The notes: generated by a model from the letters alone, not told the origin. Positions 28,399 to 39,227 are shown, numbered from the stretch's first letter. The stretch is DNA of 64,000 nucleotides from an uncultured Gammaproteobacteria bacterium (GCA_964445435.1 CAYUKU010000006.1:1112-65111), one strand, 5' to 3'. A program made the numbers and translations.

Positions 28399-29172
28399 TT
28401 ATCGCAACTTTAGATACTTCCTATACGCGATTGCCCAATGAAGGGCTGAGTACACTGCAAACTCAAGCCCTGCAAGTCCGTCCACGAACCCCTTATGCCT
28501 AACGTAAAGAGTAAGAAACGTCATCATCGGTTTACAATAATTGTAGTAAAGATAGAAAAAGGGTGTTTTTGGAGTCTTCTTCCGGAGAAATTCGCCCGCA
28601 GTTAGTGTCGTATAGCTGTCTGCTTTTCTCCAATAGTCCTGACGCGTCCTGTATGAATAATGAAGAAGCGGCTGGGTCAAATATCCGACTGTCCCTTCCA
28701 CCTCAATCTGTTCATGCACGCTTTTCGAAGGAAACCGCCCCTTTCCCCTTCGTATCAGGCGAATAACGTAGTCTGGGTACTGACCGCCTTTCCTCATAAA
28801 GTGGCCCCAGAAATAATTTTTCCGGGGGATAAAAAATCCGTTCTCTTTTGGCAATGCTGCAATTGTATCTCTTATTTCTTCTTTCAGCTGGGCAGTTACA
28901 ATCTCGTCGGCGTCCAGCTGAAGAATCCAGTCGCTTGTACATGCTTGCAGCGCTTTCTGTTTGTTGATGTGAAATATCGACGGGTTGTCGGTCGTGATAA
29001 CGTTTTTGGTAAACTGTCTGGCAATCGTACGTGTTTTATCGCTTGACCCGCCATCAACCACAACGATTTCATCTGCCCAATCATCCACCGCAGAAAGGCA
29101 TGCTTCAATATTTTTCTCTTCGTTGAATACCGCTATTGCAACTGAGAGTGTCGGCGTTTTTTTGCTGGCCAT
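28399..29172 (-). CDS. GT2-family glycosyltransferase (WaaE/KdtX-like small GT2).
   Basis: LSVAIAVFNEEKNIEACL...EIVVVDGGSSDKT...QLDADE. The C-terminus is GLAGLEFAVYSALHWAIAYRKY. It is a paralog of 51403 and 53081. Confidence 0.7.
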   Translation of the reverse strand: MASKKTPTLSVAIAVFNEEKNIEACLSAVDDWADEIVVVDGGSSDKTRTIARQFTKNVITTDNPSIFHINKQKALQACTSDWILQLDADEIVTAQLKEEIRDTIAALPKENGFFIPRKNYFWGHFMRKGGQYPDYVIRLIRRGKGRFPSKSVHEQIEVEGTVGYLTQPLLHYSYRTRQDYWRKADSYTTLTAGEFLRKKTPKTPFFYLYYNYCKPMMTFLTLYVRHKGFVDGLAGLEFAVYSALHWAIAYRKYLKLR

Positions 29173-30770
29173 AGGCGTATTGTACCCGCAAGAAACACGG
29201 CAAACAAACCGACAAAGGAAATAAGATTGGCAGTTTTGCGCAATTTCGTGTCAGTAAACTCAATGCGGACCGAATGCGTTCCACGCGGCACACGAAACGT
29301 CATAAGCCCACGGAATCGTGGATCCTGGAATTCGATCTGCGAGGGAACACCATCGACGAAAACACGCCAGCCCGGGAAATACAGGGTATTTTCTACCACA
29401 CGGACGTCTGATCCTGCGTCAATCTGGTATTCATGAAGCGTTGTTGTCCTTGATTTTTGGGTAACTGTTGCATTTCCTTCGGTGACTTCTATCGGCTTTT
29501 CGGGACGATGCTCCATGAATCGCACGGACCAAATAGGACTGCTTTCCCCCGTGTCCGTCGTACTATCATAAACGCCGGAATAATAGCTTTCATGCCGGAA
29601 ACTATAAGATTTTGCCCGCCACATGTGGGTTGACGTCAGAAGTGCTATAAAAACGAGCATCCACCCTACTACCAACTTCCCACGGGAAACCGACATGATA
29701 AGTACGCTCCCCAATACGGAAGACAAAAGAACACTCACCGTCAAAAACCGCCACGGAAACTGAAACTTCTGCAAAATGGAGACGGAATTCCAAATACCTC
29801 GTGAAAACGGAGTTTGAATAAGAAGTGATAACCCGAACACAACGACACCTCCCCACAGAAACACCTGCAAACGCTTGCGGGCGTGCAGCCCATACATAGA
29901 TGTCAAAAATACAGCAACCCATCCGGCAATTCCTACTTCCTTTGTCAGGAGGTTGGTGCCGCCATAATTCCATGGAGAATAGAAAAATTGTGAGAACTCG
30001 ACGAACCGATTGGCGAAATCCCCTTTCGTGACGATATCCCGAAGTGTATATTTACCCTCAAAAAAGGCGGGAATCCAAAAAAACGCAGAGAGGGCAAAAC
30101 CTACACCGATAGAAAGGAGTGTTTCCACCCAAAAACAACGGGAACGCTTCGACTCAAATACGAAAAGATACCAAGCATACAAAAACACAAGCGGGAAAGC
30201 CATGAGGCTCACGGCGTTATGTGACAAGAGAAGGCCTGAGGTTCCTCCGATTATAAGAAGTCTGGATCGCACAATGTTTCCACGGGCAAGAAGCAACAGT
30301 CCCAGAAATATAAGAGGAGGAAATATAAACGCTACGTGCTCTCCTATAGCTCCCCGCACGTACAGATCGACGAACCGGTATGGCGCAAAACCGTATAGGA
30401 CCGCACCGACAAATCCGGCAAACGGTCCCCACGAAGTCCCCGCCCACAAAAAAAATGCAAGAACGCTTAAAGTATACGAAACCGCAAAAACAAGTTTCAC
30501 GCTATCCACAAGTCCGACTCCAAGCACGTGAAAGAAGGAGGCAATGTATGACGGCAACGGGTACAAAAACATGAGTATCGGATGTCCGTAACCCCAGTTG
30601 AGGTTAGCTGCCCATCGGGGTATAACGATTCCCTCAGCCAGTGATTGGTAAAAATTGGCAATCCTCGCGACATGATCGGGCGCATCGTGCGCATCCATAA
30701 TGCCCGGTGTCAAAAGGTTTAGAAGTGGGAGAAGTGATAGGACGAAAAGAATGAAACCGAACCGTTTCAT
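29133..30770 (-). CDS. PTPS-related-family polytopic membrane protein (putative GT-C) with a YfhO-type C-terminal domain.
   Basis: MDAHDAPDHVARIANFYQSLAEGIVIPRWAANLNWGYGHPILMF...; C-terminus LYFPGWRVFVDGVPSQ...GTHSVRIEF, then a TM helix. Confidence 0.55.
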   Translation of the reverse strand: MKRFGFILFVLSLLPLLNLLTPGIMDAHDAPDHVARIANFYQSLAEGIVIPRWAANLNWGYGHPILMFLYPLPSYIASFFHVLGVGLVDSVKLVFAVSYTLSVLAFFLWAGTSWGPFAGFVGAVLYGFAPYRFVDLYVRGAIGEHVAFIFPPLIFLGLLLLARGNIVRSRLLIIGGTSGLLLSHNAVSLMAFPLVFLYAWYLFVFESKRSRCFWVETLLSIGVGFALSAFFWIPAFFEGKYTLRDIVTKGDFANRFVEFSQFFYSPWNYGGTNLLTKEVGIAGWVAVFLTSMYGLHARKRLQVFLWGGVVVFGLSLLIQTPFSRGIWNSVSILQKFQFPWRFLTVSVLLSSVLGSVLIMSVSRGKLVVGWMLVFIALLTSTHMWRAKSYSFRHESYYSGVYDSTTDTGESSPIWSVRFMEHRPEKPIEVTEGNATVTQKSRTTTLHEYQIDAGSDVRVVENTLYFPGWRVFVDGVPSQIEFQDPRFRGLMTFRVPRGTHSVRIEFTDTKLRKTANLISFVGLFAVFLAGTIRLWPAKKRRHSQLQ

Positions 30771-32422
30771 GGAAGTATTGCCGCCTTTACAGCAATTGTA
30801 CCATCCAGATTGGCGAATCTGGCAACTTCCATCGCTCCAGGCGCAAAATCATCGGAATTTCCCACGTACAGAACTCCTTTTGTGAGAGCCTCGTTCTTCT
30901 GAATCGGGCGGAATTCGTATTTTCCGAACCTGTGCGTTTGCGCGTATCCACCGGAATCAGTCCCGCCTTCTTTCCTGTAGATGGCCGGATCATATCTGCT
31001 GTAATACAGAAAAAGCATATAGGACTGGTACAAATTCTCCTCGTTTGAAAAAACTATTTTTTCATAGGAATCTTCTTCTCTCAGGACATACCCGATTGCA
31101 CGGGAGAACGCATAATGAAATGAGCCCGATTGTTCGTACGGAAAATTGACGAAGTAATTTCTTATAAATCCCCCCAATCCGAACAAGGAAAGAAACAGGA
31201 TAGCTCCTGTTAAATATACGTTCCCCGATTTGGCAAAAGCTATGGCGTTCATAATCCCAAACGCCGTGAATACCTCCCATGCAAAAAGAGCCGGATAGGT
31301 TCTCATCGCGTGTGGAGCGCCTGTTGCTATGCCTCCCGGAAGGTTCGCCAAAAGGAGCCACAAGAAAACGCTTCTTTTCACCTTCGGATGTACGTCTTTT
31401 TTGAAGAGAAATGCAAAAAGTCCAATCAGTATAAATGGCAACTGCCAAAGGTACAAAAGTCCCGAGTTTGGGGCTTTGAACGGTTCTCCCCCTGAGTTGA
31501 AAAAAAGCCACTTCGGTCGGAAATGAGATGAATACGCCTGGACAAAAACTTCCACGGGAAATATGTACATGCTGTTTGCAATTCTTCCGATCACATCACC
31601 CTCCAAAACAGCCTTCTGCCGGCGCTCCATGCGCTTGGTGTACTCCTGCCAGTGAGCCTCGGGTTTGAAGGTACTCGTCCCGCTGAAACGTACTATCGCG
31701 CTTGGAGAAAACGTCAGTGCCGCGATCCATATGCATACCACAAAAACGGGCAGAAAAACGATGAGAAATCTTCTATTTTTCAGGAAAACAGGTGTGATAT
31801 CACGGTAATATAAAAGAAAAAGTCCTAATCCGAAAATCGGGATGAAAACCTGGCCCGCGTAATAACTGATAACGGCGACCGTAAAAAAAACAAGTGCCGG
31901 AATGAAGGAATACACGTGTCGTGCTCCCCGCAGGAAAAAATAAAACCCAAACAGAGCCGCTGAGACATATGCGTTCGTTTCATGTCCGATCCGAGAAAGA
32001 TATATATGCCATGGACTTGTAGCCCACAGGCAGGCAACCAGAAGCGATACGACATGTGCGGACTTGCCGTGTCTGCCAAACAACTCCATGGAAATCCCAT
32101 ACACGGCCCAAGTAGTTAAGACGGCAAGAAGCACTGCCGGCATTCTGATCGCAACGCTTGTGAGACCCAGAGAGCCGACGAATGGAGCAACGAGAAAAAG
32201 GTATGTGCTTCTACGCCAATCGTCATACCCCCTTTGGGATATAAAGGGAAAATCACCGAATTCGTCAACTCCTGTTTTCACAACGCTGTACGCGTTGTAG
32301 CCGATTGAGGCCTCGTCCATGGAGGTTGACGGAGGAACGCCGCCAAGATTCCATAATCGCAGCGATGCCGCCGCAAGAAGTATACCGGCAAGTACAATAT
32401 TTGAGATGACACGCATCTTCAC
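30767..32422 (-). CDS. ArnT/PMT_2-like GT-C membrane glycosyltransferase (COG1807-type).
   Basis: PPSTSMDEASIGYNAYSVVKTGVDEFGDFPFISQRGYDDW...; it has about 12 TM helices and a C-terminal soluble domain. Confidence 0.65.
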   Translation of the reverse strand: MKMRVISNIVLAGILLAAASLRLWNLGGVPPSTSMDEASIGYNAYSVVKTGVDEFGDFPFISQRGYDDWRRSTYLFLVAPFVGSLGLTSVAIRMPAVLLAVLTTWAVYGISMELFGRHGKSAHVVSLLVACLWATSPWHIYLSRIGHETNAYVSAALFGFYFFLRGARHVYSFIPALVFFTVAVISYYAGQVFIPIFGLGLFLLYYRDITPVFLKNRRFLIVFLPVFVVCIWIAALTFSPSAIVRFSGTSTFKPEAHWQEYTKRMERRQKAVLEGDVIGRIANSMYIFPVEVFVQAYSSHFRPKWLFFNSGGEPFKAPNSGLLYLWQLPFILIGLFAFLFKKDVHPKVKRSVFLWLLLANLPGGIATGAPHAMRTYPALFAWEVFTAFGIMNAIAFAKSGNVYLTGAILFLSLFGLGGFIRNYFVNFPYEQSGSFHYAFSRAIGYVLREEDSYEKIVFSNEENLYQSYMLFLYYSRYDPAIYRKEGGTDSGGYAQTHRFGKYEFRPIQKNEALTKGVLYVGNSDDFAPGAMEVARFANLDGTIAVKAAILP

Positions 32423-33492
32423 GATAATGCCTTCAGCAGTTTAAATGCACCCATTTTTGGCAGGCTTCTGTTTGCAGACAGGTTGCTCTTCCCCATGACT
32501 TTAAACGTTTTCTTGCGGTGGAGATACCAACGATAATTCTCGATGAATGATTCCAGATTCGTTTTTCGGGGACGCCATTTCAGTTTCGTTTTCAGTTTGG
32601 TCGTGTCTGCGTAAATTGAGCGGCTCATCATAGTGTATTGGTATACCCCGACGGGTGAAATATTTAACCTATCAAGGACCGCAAGCGCCCATACAGCCGG
32701 CCCCTGTGGAAGAGGCACGATGGCAGATGAGCTTCCGGCAAATTCTATAACCCCTTCGTAAAGCTTACGAAGGGGCATGTATCCGTCACCCCCGATGACA
32801 TAAATATCAAACCCTTTTTGCCTGCTTGCTCTTATCAGGGCGTCACAGACGTCTGACGCGTCCACGAACTGATAGATATTTGAACCGTCACCGAGAAGAT
32901 ACACATTTTTATTTTCGGATATAAACTCATACAGGATACTTTGCAGACCTAACCTCCCGACGCCGGTAATGACCGGACAACGGAATATTTGGATATTCAT
33001 CTTGGTTTTGTACTTCGCTAGTTCACTCTCTGCGGCCAGCTTACTCTTCCCGTATGCTTCCAAAGGGCGCGGCGGCGTTTCCTCGGTCACCGGAAGTTCG
33101 CTTGGAATCCCATACGTAACGTTGCTGGAGGTAAACACGAACGATTTCACACCGCTCCCAACCGCTTCTTTCGCAATATGAGCAGTACCTTCCACGTTGG
33201 TCTTCCACGTCATTTCATCTGATAAGGCCTTATTGGGCATCGCTGCGGCAAGATGATATACGACGTCGAACGGCCCTTCCGTCTCAAATAACCGCTTCAC
33301 GGAATCGGCATCTAGCACGTTTCCCTTCGCCCAACGCACGAATCGCGAGTAATTCACGGGCGAATGATTGCTAAGCCGGTCGAAGACTACAATGTCCTTC
33401 TCTCCCTTCTCAAGGAGGAGTCGAATAAGGTAGCTGCCCAAAAAACCCGCTCCTCCGGTGATAAGAATTCTTTTAGTTTTTGTGCTGCGCAT
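32419..33492 (-). CDS. NAD-dependent sugar epimerase/dehydratase (SDR).
   Basis: ILITGGAGFLGSYL...YHLAA...FTSSNVTYG...PLEAYGKSK (YxxxK). Confidence 0.75.
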   Translation of the reverse strand: MRSTKTKRILITGGAGFLGSYLIRLLLEKGEKDIVVFDRLSNHSPVNYSRFVRWAKGNVLDADSVKRLFETEGPFDVVYHLAAAMPNKALSDEMTWKTNVEGTAHIAKEAVGSGVKSFVFTSSNVTYGIPSELPVTEETPPRPLEAYGKSKLAAESELAKYKTKMNIQIFRCPVITGVGRLGLQSILYEFISENKNVYLLGDGSNIYQFVDASDVCDALIRASRQKGFDIYVIGGDGYMPLRKLYEGVIEFAGSSSAIVPLPQGPAVWALAVLDRLNISPVGVYQYTMMSRSIYADTTKLKTKLKWRPRKTNLESFIENYRWYLHRKKTFKVMGKSNLSANRSLPKMGAFKLLKALS

Positions 33493-34705
33493 ATATATAG
33501 TAAAGATAGGATTTCGGATCTCCTTCGGTGAAATTGATCGCCCTTCCCTTTTCTATTTCCTTCAACACATCCTCCCGCAATTGTGGAAGATGATTTCCGA
33601 AATTGTTGCGGAAAAAAACATTCATATTGTACGTGAGAGCGTACCCCCAAAACAAGATCAAAAGCCCCTGAATCCACACCCTCTTCAGACGCCAAAGAGT
33701 TACGGTAAGGTATGCATACATCAAAACAGCAATCGGCCTCGTTACGACGAAATAGTAATCCGATATTTCTCCGCGATACAATGAAAGAATAACAAGCGGT
33801 ACCGCAAACCACATAACGACCAAGAAACACACCCTAAGCGCAGCAGCACGGCCGTGTTCCTTAAAATAAACGGACAAAAACACGGGCAAAATGAGAAATG
33901 CAACCATCCGCAGCTCTTTAATCCCCAGAATCGCGATGAATTCGATAAGCGAATCTGATAAAAGCTGTGCAACTCTCACAAAATGAAACCCGTGATAATA
34001 GTCTTGAAAATACGAAACTACGTTTCCTTGTATAGGTCCTTTTTGCGCCCACGCAGCTATGATCGGAATAAGCCACACGGAAAAAAATACGAAACCCAGC
34101 ACGCCGTGTTTGAACACTTCTTTTTGCCGGATTATGAAAGGTGTGCAAAGGAACAGATAAAGAAAAAGGAAGACGGCCGTGAAATGTATATGGAGTGAAA
34201 ATCCTAAGGCAGCACCCAGGAGAAGCAGATATTTCGTCTTACCCTCCATGATGCGAACGAGCGAGAAAAACACAACCAGGGAAAGTGCAGGGAGAAAGAT
34301 AACCGGCCAGGCGATACGATCTTGAACAATTATTCTTGAAGAAAACGTGTATATGGCAAAGGAGACGACTGCCACATCGCTTCCGAATAATCTGCGGGCA
34401 ACCGCGAACAAAACGCCCGCCGTGCCCAGCGAAACGACAGCTGCAAACACGCCCGCTGCGACAGGATCCAATCCGAAAACCCAATAAAACGGAACGAGAA
34501 GATAATAGTACAGCGGCCCTATATGAATCGGGCTATTGAGCTTCGCGACCATTCCCTCCAGGGGCAGCTTGCCGTCAACAAGCATATCCTTCATAACCCA
34601 GGCGTTTGAAACCTGATCCCAGGTAAACTGCATACGGTTTTCTATGTCCCAAAAACGAAGAAATACGAAACTCAAAATGATAAGGACCAGAACGAGTTTT
34701 TTCAT
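33473..34705 (-). CDS. Polytopic membrane protein, a putative GT-C glycosyltransferase (ArnT-like, divergent).
   Basis: I moved the start to MKKLVLVLIILSFVFLRFWD (ATG at 34705, 4 nt after the upstream stop). It has about 11 TM helices, with ...LFAVARRLFGSDVAVVSFAIYTFSSRIIVQDR... resembling the PMT_2 core. Confidence 0.4.
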   Translation of the reverse strand: MKKLVLVLIILSFVFLRFWDIENRMQFTWDQVSNAWVMKDMLVDGKLPLEGMVAKLNSPIHIGPLYYYLLVPFYWVFGLDPVAAGVFAAVVSLGTAGVLFAVARRLFGSDVAVVSFAIYTFSSRIIVQDRIAWPVIFLPALSLVVFFSLVRIMEGKTKYLLLLGAALGFSLHIHFTAVFLFLYLFLCTPFIIRQKEVFKHGVLGFVFFSVWLIPIIAAWAQKGPIQGNVVSYFQDYYHGFHFVRVAQLLSDSLIEFIAILGIKELRMVAFLILPVFLSVYFKEHGRAAALRVCFLVVMWFAVPLVILSLYRGEISDYYFVVTRPIAVLMYAYLTVTLWRLKRVWIQGLLILFWGYALTYNMNVFFRNNFGNHLPQLREDVLKEIEKGRAINFTEGDPKSYLYYIYAQHKN

Positions 34706-34709
34706 GAGG

Positions 34710-36368
34710 TTATTGATCGGATATTCTGATTGCTTCCGTTCCATCGAGGTAATCGATTGTCTTTTGGGCTTTGGGAATTTCCAGGGGCGTCCCGACATAC
34801 AGGATGCTGCCGTCTTTAATTTCGTTCTCCCACTCAATCGGCCGGAACTCATAGATATCAAACTTATTTCTTACTTCCTGAAACCCGCCTGAGGCGGTAC
34901 CTCCCTCTTTCAGATATCTGACAGGGTCGTACCTGAGAAAAAAGAGGAAAAACATATGCGGTTGCTCAAGGTCGGTAGAAACCACAATCTTTTTGTACCT
35001 GTTTCGGACGGCGGTTGTGTATTCTACCGCCTCTTTATATCCGTACTGCCAGTATTTGGAGTACTCGTGATTCGTGTGTCCGAAATACATGTGTGAATAG
35101 TACATGATATTCCCGAGAACAAACACTGACCCGATTGCGGCGATGCACACGATAAAGGGGTTACTCCGTTTCTCAATCAGGATTCTGACTGCGCGCGCCA
35201 CTCCAAACGCCGTAAAAATCTGAAAAACGGGCAGAAAAACGAGCGTCCTGATTCCATGGGGAAGTTCAGTTGTGGGAGCAGCTGCGACAGGTGCAATAAA
35301 AAGCCAACCCCATAAAATGGGGGCGAGTTTCCCACCGGTTTTGGCTACACGAAACATTCCCCAGAGAAGGAACGGAAGCTCCCACAGATACAGCATGCCC
35401 ATATCGGGCGCATGGTGCCTTGCGTTATCTCCTGTCAGAAAAAGCCACTTGGGAGAAAAGTGAGACAGATACCCCGAGAGGACAGTTGTGCCCCACACGA
35501 TGCGGCGGTTTTCAAAAAGCGCCCCGACTCTATCACCCTCGTTCACGTCATATTCAAGTTTAGCGACACTGCGCTTCAGAAGCCCGGTTTGATCGGCAAG
35601 CGAGCTGGTTCCCCGAAGCCGCATAAGCGTTGTCGGGTTCAAGAATACGGGCAAAAGCGGTAAGACGACCAGAAAACCCGAAACAAAAAATAAAACCAGG
35701 TCGCGCCTGTTCGTGAGCAGTGACTTGCGAAACACCACCAAAAGGATAAGTACCAATAACGGCAAAAATATTCGCTCACTGTGATAGGCGTATAACCCGA
35801 GTCCGAACAAGACGCCGCTTACCCACAGGTGCCTCCCCAACCGAATAGACCGCAAAAACAGCCCAACCGCCCAGATATTAATCGCAACACCGATATTTGC
35901 CTCAAATGCGATACGGGAAAACTGTATATGCCAGGGGGAAATAGAAAGAAGAAGAGCACTAAACAATGCAATGGTTCGCCTGCGATTCGCATCCGGCGAT
36001 TTCTCATTCCACTGTACTGCCCCCAGAAGCTCAAGCACTAAAAAATATACGCCAACGACTGCCAGTGTCCCCACGACCGCTGCCGGCACCCGCACTGACC
36101 ACGTCGATAATCCAAACAATCCTACCGCGGGAACGGTGAGATACATATACAATGGAGGCTTGTAATCATCAAACGACCGAAGGGAAAGCGGAAACTTTGT
36201 CCCATATTCATCGCGCCCTGTTTTCAGAATCGAATACGCATTGTATCCCAGGGCTACCTCATCCCAGTCGGGGCTCGGGGGGACACTCCCCAGCTGCCAA
36301 AACCGCACAAATACGGCTATCCCCATGATAAAAAGGATCGCGAAATGCTTGATAAAAAACTGTCTCAT
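34710..36368 (-). CDS. ArnT/PMT_2-like GT-C membrane glycosyltransferase.
   Basis: PPSPDWDEVALGYNAYSILKTGRDEYGTKFPLSLRSFDDYKPPLYMY... It has an ATGA overlap with 36365..37990, forming a tandem paralog pair. Confidence 0.65.
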   Translation of the reverse strand: MRQFFIKHFAILFIMGIAVFVRFWQLGSVPPSPDWDEVALGYNAYSILKTGRDEYGTKFPLSLRSFDDYKPPLYMYLTVPAVGLFGLSTWSVRVPAAVVGTLAVVGVYFLVLELLGAVQWNEKSPDANRRRTIALFSALLLSISPWHIQFSRIAFEANIGVAINIWAVGLFLRSIRLGRHLWVSGVLFGLGLYAYHSERIFLPLLVLILLVVFRKSLLTNRRDLVLFFVSGFLVVLPLLPVFLNPTTLMRLRGTSSLADQTGLLKRSVAKLEYDVNEGDRVGALFENRRIVWGTTVLSGYLSHFSPKWLFLTGDNARHHAPDMGMLYLWELPFLLWGMFRVAKTGGKLAPILWGWLFIAPVAAAPTTELPHGIRTLVFLPVFQIFTAFGVARAVRILIEKRSNPFIVCIAAIGSVFVLGNIMYYSHMYFGHTNHEYSKYWQYGYKEAVEYTTAVRNRYKKIVVSTDLEQPHMFFLFFLRYDPVRYLKEGGTASGGFQEVRNKFDIYEFRPIEWENEIKDGSILYVGTPLEIPKAQKTIDYLDGTEAIRISDQ

Positions 36369-37990
36369 AGATCGAAAATTTCAAGCACCGGTTCTCCGTT
36401 TAGTTTATATATTGTTGTAAGTGTCCGCGCCCCCTGGGGTTTGACGCCCGGCGGAAGAACATAGAGTGAACCTTTCTCAAACTTCGGAAGTTCGTTGCCG
36501 ACAAACTTCCACGAACCGAATCCGGATACGTGATAAAAACCTGCTGCGTCAAAATATGATTCTTTCATACTGAGAAAAAAAGAAGGATCAGTTCGCTCGT
36601 AGAACAGAACATAGGCATACGGCCTGCCGATACTTTCCGTTAGATAAACGCGTTGGTAGTTCTCTTTTATGGGAGACACGAAACGGATTGCCTCTCTATA
36701 TCCATATTGCCATTCCCCGGAAAACTCCCGCGGATAATGCACATGGTAATTATGAAGGTAATACGAGAACGCAAATACATACGCGACCACCGTCACAGCA
36801 GTAAACGTCCTCCTTACAACAGCGCCTTTCAACACCGTGAAGAACCACATAATGCCACCCGCTATAAATATGTGCCACACCGGTAGACTGTTTTCTATCC
36901 GAAGCGCGTGGGGCGTTTCACGGGCAACGGCGGCGGGCAACATGGAGGCCAGCAACCAAAAGAGTAGAAGTAATCCTTCCCGCCTGAACCGCGAAAGAAC
37001 GAAGTATACCCCGGCTACAAGAAACGGAAATTCAATGCTATAGAGCTGACCGACATCCTGGATCGAGAATTTCGGATTTCCGTCACCTCGCACAAAAAGA
37101 AACTGCGGGTCGAAGTGGTCGAAAAAATGCAAAAGATAACTTCGCAGGTACCCTATTCTTCGGTTATGCAGAATCTTTCCTAACAAAGCCTGATTATCAA
37201 ATTCTATACGGCTATTTGCAGTCAAAACTATACCGGAATCCGAAAATATGTTCACCTCTTCAAATCGCAGTCTTGCTTCCTTTGACATCAGATGAGGGGC
37301 AATAGGCAAAAGAAACACGGCCGCAATCACAATCCCGCCCATGAGCCATCGAGCCTGTTTTTGCAGATTGCCGCCAAGCCAGACAAGCACTCCTACCCCC
37401 AAAATTGGAGAAAAATACCGTGCGCTGTTAAACGTATATATACTCGCCACGAAAGGCAGAAGCGCAATAAGCCAATATCTCGGTCGTGTGCGCGTACGGC
37501 AAACCAAATACATACCCAATACGACAAAAAACACCGCAATGTTCGCCTCAAACCCGGCGCGCGAGAGTTGGATATGCCAGGGAGATATCGCAAGGAGGGC
37601 ACTTGCAAGAAGGGACAATGCTCCCACACGGAATAATTCAGAAGCGAGAAAGTATACCAGCGCAACTGTGAGGGTACCTGCGAGCCCCGAAGGCAGGCGT
37701 ACCGCCTCTTCTGTCAATCCTAGCAGTGAGACGAACGGAACGGTCGCGTATATCGATAACGGTGGTTTATAGTCTCCGTACGCAGTGAAAGTATCGAGCG
37801 GAAAAAATTTTCCGTGCTCGTCCCGACCGGTTTTGGCGATACTGTACGCGTTGTAGCCGATCGACACCTCATCCCAGGATAACGAGGGCGGGTTCACTCC
37901 TATGCCCCAAAGACGAAGAAATCCCCCAAATAAAACGATAAGTATGAGGGTGGCATCCATCCATTTACGCTTGATCATAGAGGCATTCAT
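36365..37990 (-). CDS. ArnT/PMT_2-like GT-C membrane glycosyltransferase.
   Basis: PPSLSWDEVSIGYNAYSIAKTGRDEHGKFFPLDTFTAYGDYKPPLSIY... The start is ambiguous (M1 at 37990, or M11 at 37960). Confidence 0.65.
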   Translation of the reverse strand: MNASMIKRKWMDATLILIVLFGGFLRLWGIGVNPPSLSWDEVSIGYNAYSIAKTGRDEHGKFFPLDTFTAYGDYKPPLSIYATVPFVSLLGLTEEAVRLPSGLAGTLTVALVYFLASELFRVGALSLLASALLAISPWHIQLSRAGFEANIAVFFVVLGMYLVCRTRTRPRYWLIALLPFVASIYTFNSARYFSPILGVGVLVWLGGNLQKQARWLMGGIVIAAVFLLPIAPHLMSKEARLRFEEVNIFSDSGIVLTANSRIEFDNQALLGKILHNRRIGYLRSYLLHFFDHFDPQFLFVRGDGNPKFSIQDVGQLYSIEFPFLVAGVYFVLSRFRREGLLLLFWLLASMLPAAVARETPHALRIENSLPVWHIFIAGGIMWFFTVLKGAVVRRTFTAVTVVAYVFAFSYYLHNYHVHYPREFSGEWQYGYREAIRFVSPIKENYQRVYLTESIGRPYAYVLFYERTDPSFFLSMKESYFDAAGFYHVSGFGSWKFVGNELPKFEKGSLYVLPPGVKPQGARTLTTIYKLNGEPVLEIFDL

Positions 37991-39227
37991 CCCAATCTTT
38001 CAGACCTCCTAATAGGAGGAGCGTCCCGATGTACGTTACGTGACTGTTGTTGAAATACCGGCTTACATACCAAACGACAAGGAGGGTAACGGCGTACGAA
38101 ACAAACAATCGTGAAATCCGAAGCTTTCTTGCCATAAATCGAAGTGCCGCAATCATAACCGGAATTCCCAAAACCGCCTGCCACAAAACGAACGGGTAGT
38201 ACTCATGGATATCACGAATAACACCGGCGTTATAAAGAACCATACCTAACCCGTATCCCGATACGGGATATCCTGTAGGCGTTCCTCCGCTTAGGTATAA
38301 GATGACGCTTTGGACAAACGCTTTTGCGTCCCATACGAGAAACGGAGCGACGAAAACAAGGGCGGTAACGAAGGCGACTAAACCGTATTTGAGTACCGTC
38401 AACGCGCTTTTATTTACACTGCGAAACATATAATAAAAATAAAATGGCAAGGAAAACCATATCGTTTGTTTGGAAATGAAACTTAACCCGAAAAGTACAG
38501 ACGACCAGAACCACGATTTTTTATCAAGAAGGTAGACTGCCCACACAAACCAAAACAGCGCGAAGGCGTCACTTCTCCCTTCGATAAAATAATGGGCAAT
38601 TCCAGGCGCGAGCGCAAAAAGGGTTGCAGCGATCCTGCCCACTTGGCGATTCTTAAACCATCGAAGAATGATATACACCGTCCCCGCAAGACAAAAAAGA
38701 AGCACCATCCGCCCGTCGAAATACCCCAACAACGGGGTAGCGGTGAAATAAAACAGAAACGGAAACAAAAGATACCAGGGAGGCATCACGAAGTGGTAGA
38801 GCGCCGGATTGACAGCGTCGCGCCCCAGTTCAGCATAATGCCAATCCTTCATCGGCGTCTCGAAATAGGTCTCCTTGTACGGATTTTTCCCTACGAGGAG
38901 AAATCTCATCGCCGCTTCCTGCTGAAGAATAATGTCGTGCACCCCATATATGGGTGCTGTCTTATGCCTATCGACGATTGACGTTACCGTAATCCCTCCC
39001 AGCACCAAAACAAGCGTCAGGCAGAAGAGCGCTGTCTTCACCCGTTCGATAAGCGCATCCTTCCACCTGGGCGGATAAAGGGAAAAAAGAACATGGAAGG
39101 CAAGCACTGCAAATATGACGCCAAACAACCAGTACGGCGTGCCTACTACCGGTAAAATTCTATACTGCATGATAAGGGGAACGGAAAGTACAAACAGGAG
39201 AATGGCATCGAGCGCCAATACGTTCAT
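37965..39227 (-). CDS. DUF2029/GT87-like polytopic membrane protein (putative GT-C).
   Basis: 420 aa. The first loop is PIYGVHDIILQQEAAMRFLLVGKNPYKETYFETP, the same (Y/H)D...A.R.L..KNPY pattern as 4070, 26702 and 60835. Confidence 0.45.
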   Translation of the reverse strand: MNVLALDAILLFVLSVPLIMQYRILPVVGTPYWLFGVIFAVLAFHVLFSLYPPRWKDALIERVKTALFCLTLVLVLGGITVTSIVDRHKTAPIYGVHDIILQQEAAMRFLLVGKNPYKETYFETPMKDWHYAELGRDAVNPALYHFVMPPWYLLFPFLFYFTATPLLGYFDGRMVLLFCLAGTVYIILRWFKNRQVGRIAATLFALAPGIAHYFIEGRSDAFALFWFVWAVYLLDKKSWFWSSVLFGLSFISKQTIWFSLPFYFYYMFRSVNKSALTVLKYGLVAFVTALVFVAPFLVWDAKAFVQSVILYLSGGTPTGYPVSGYGLGMVLYNAGVIRDIHEYYPFVLWQAVLGIPVMIAALRFMARKLRISRLFVSYAVTLLVVWYVSRYFNNSHVTYIGTLLLLGGLKDWDECLYDQA

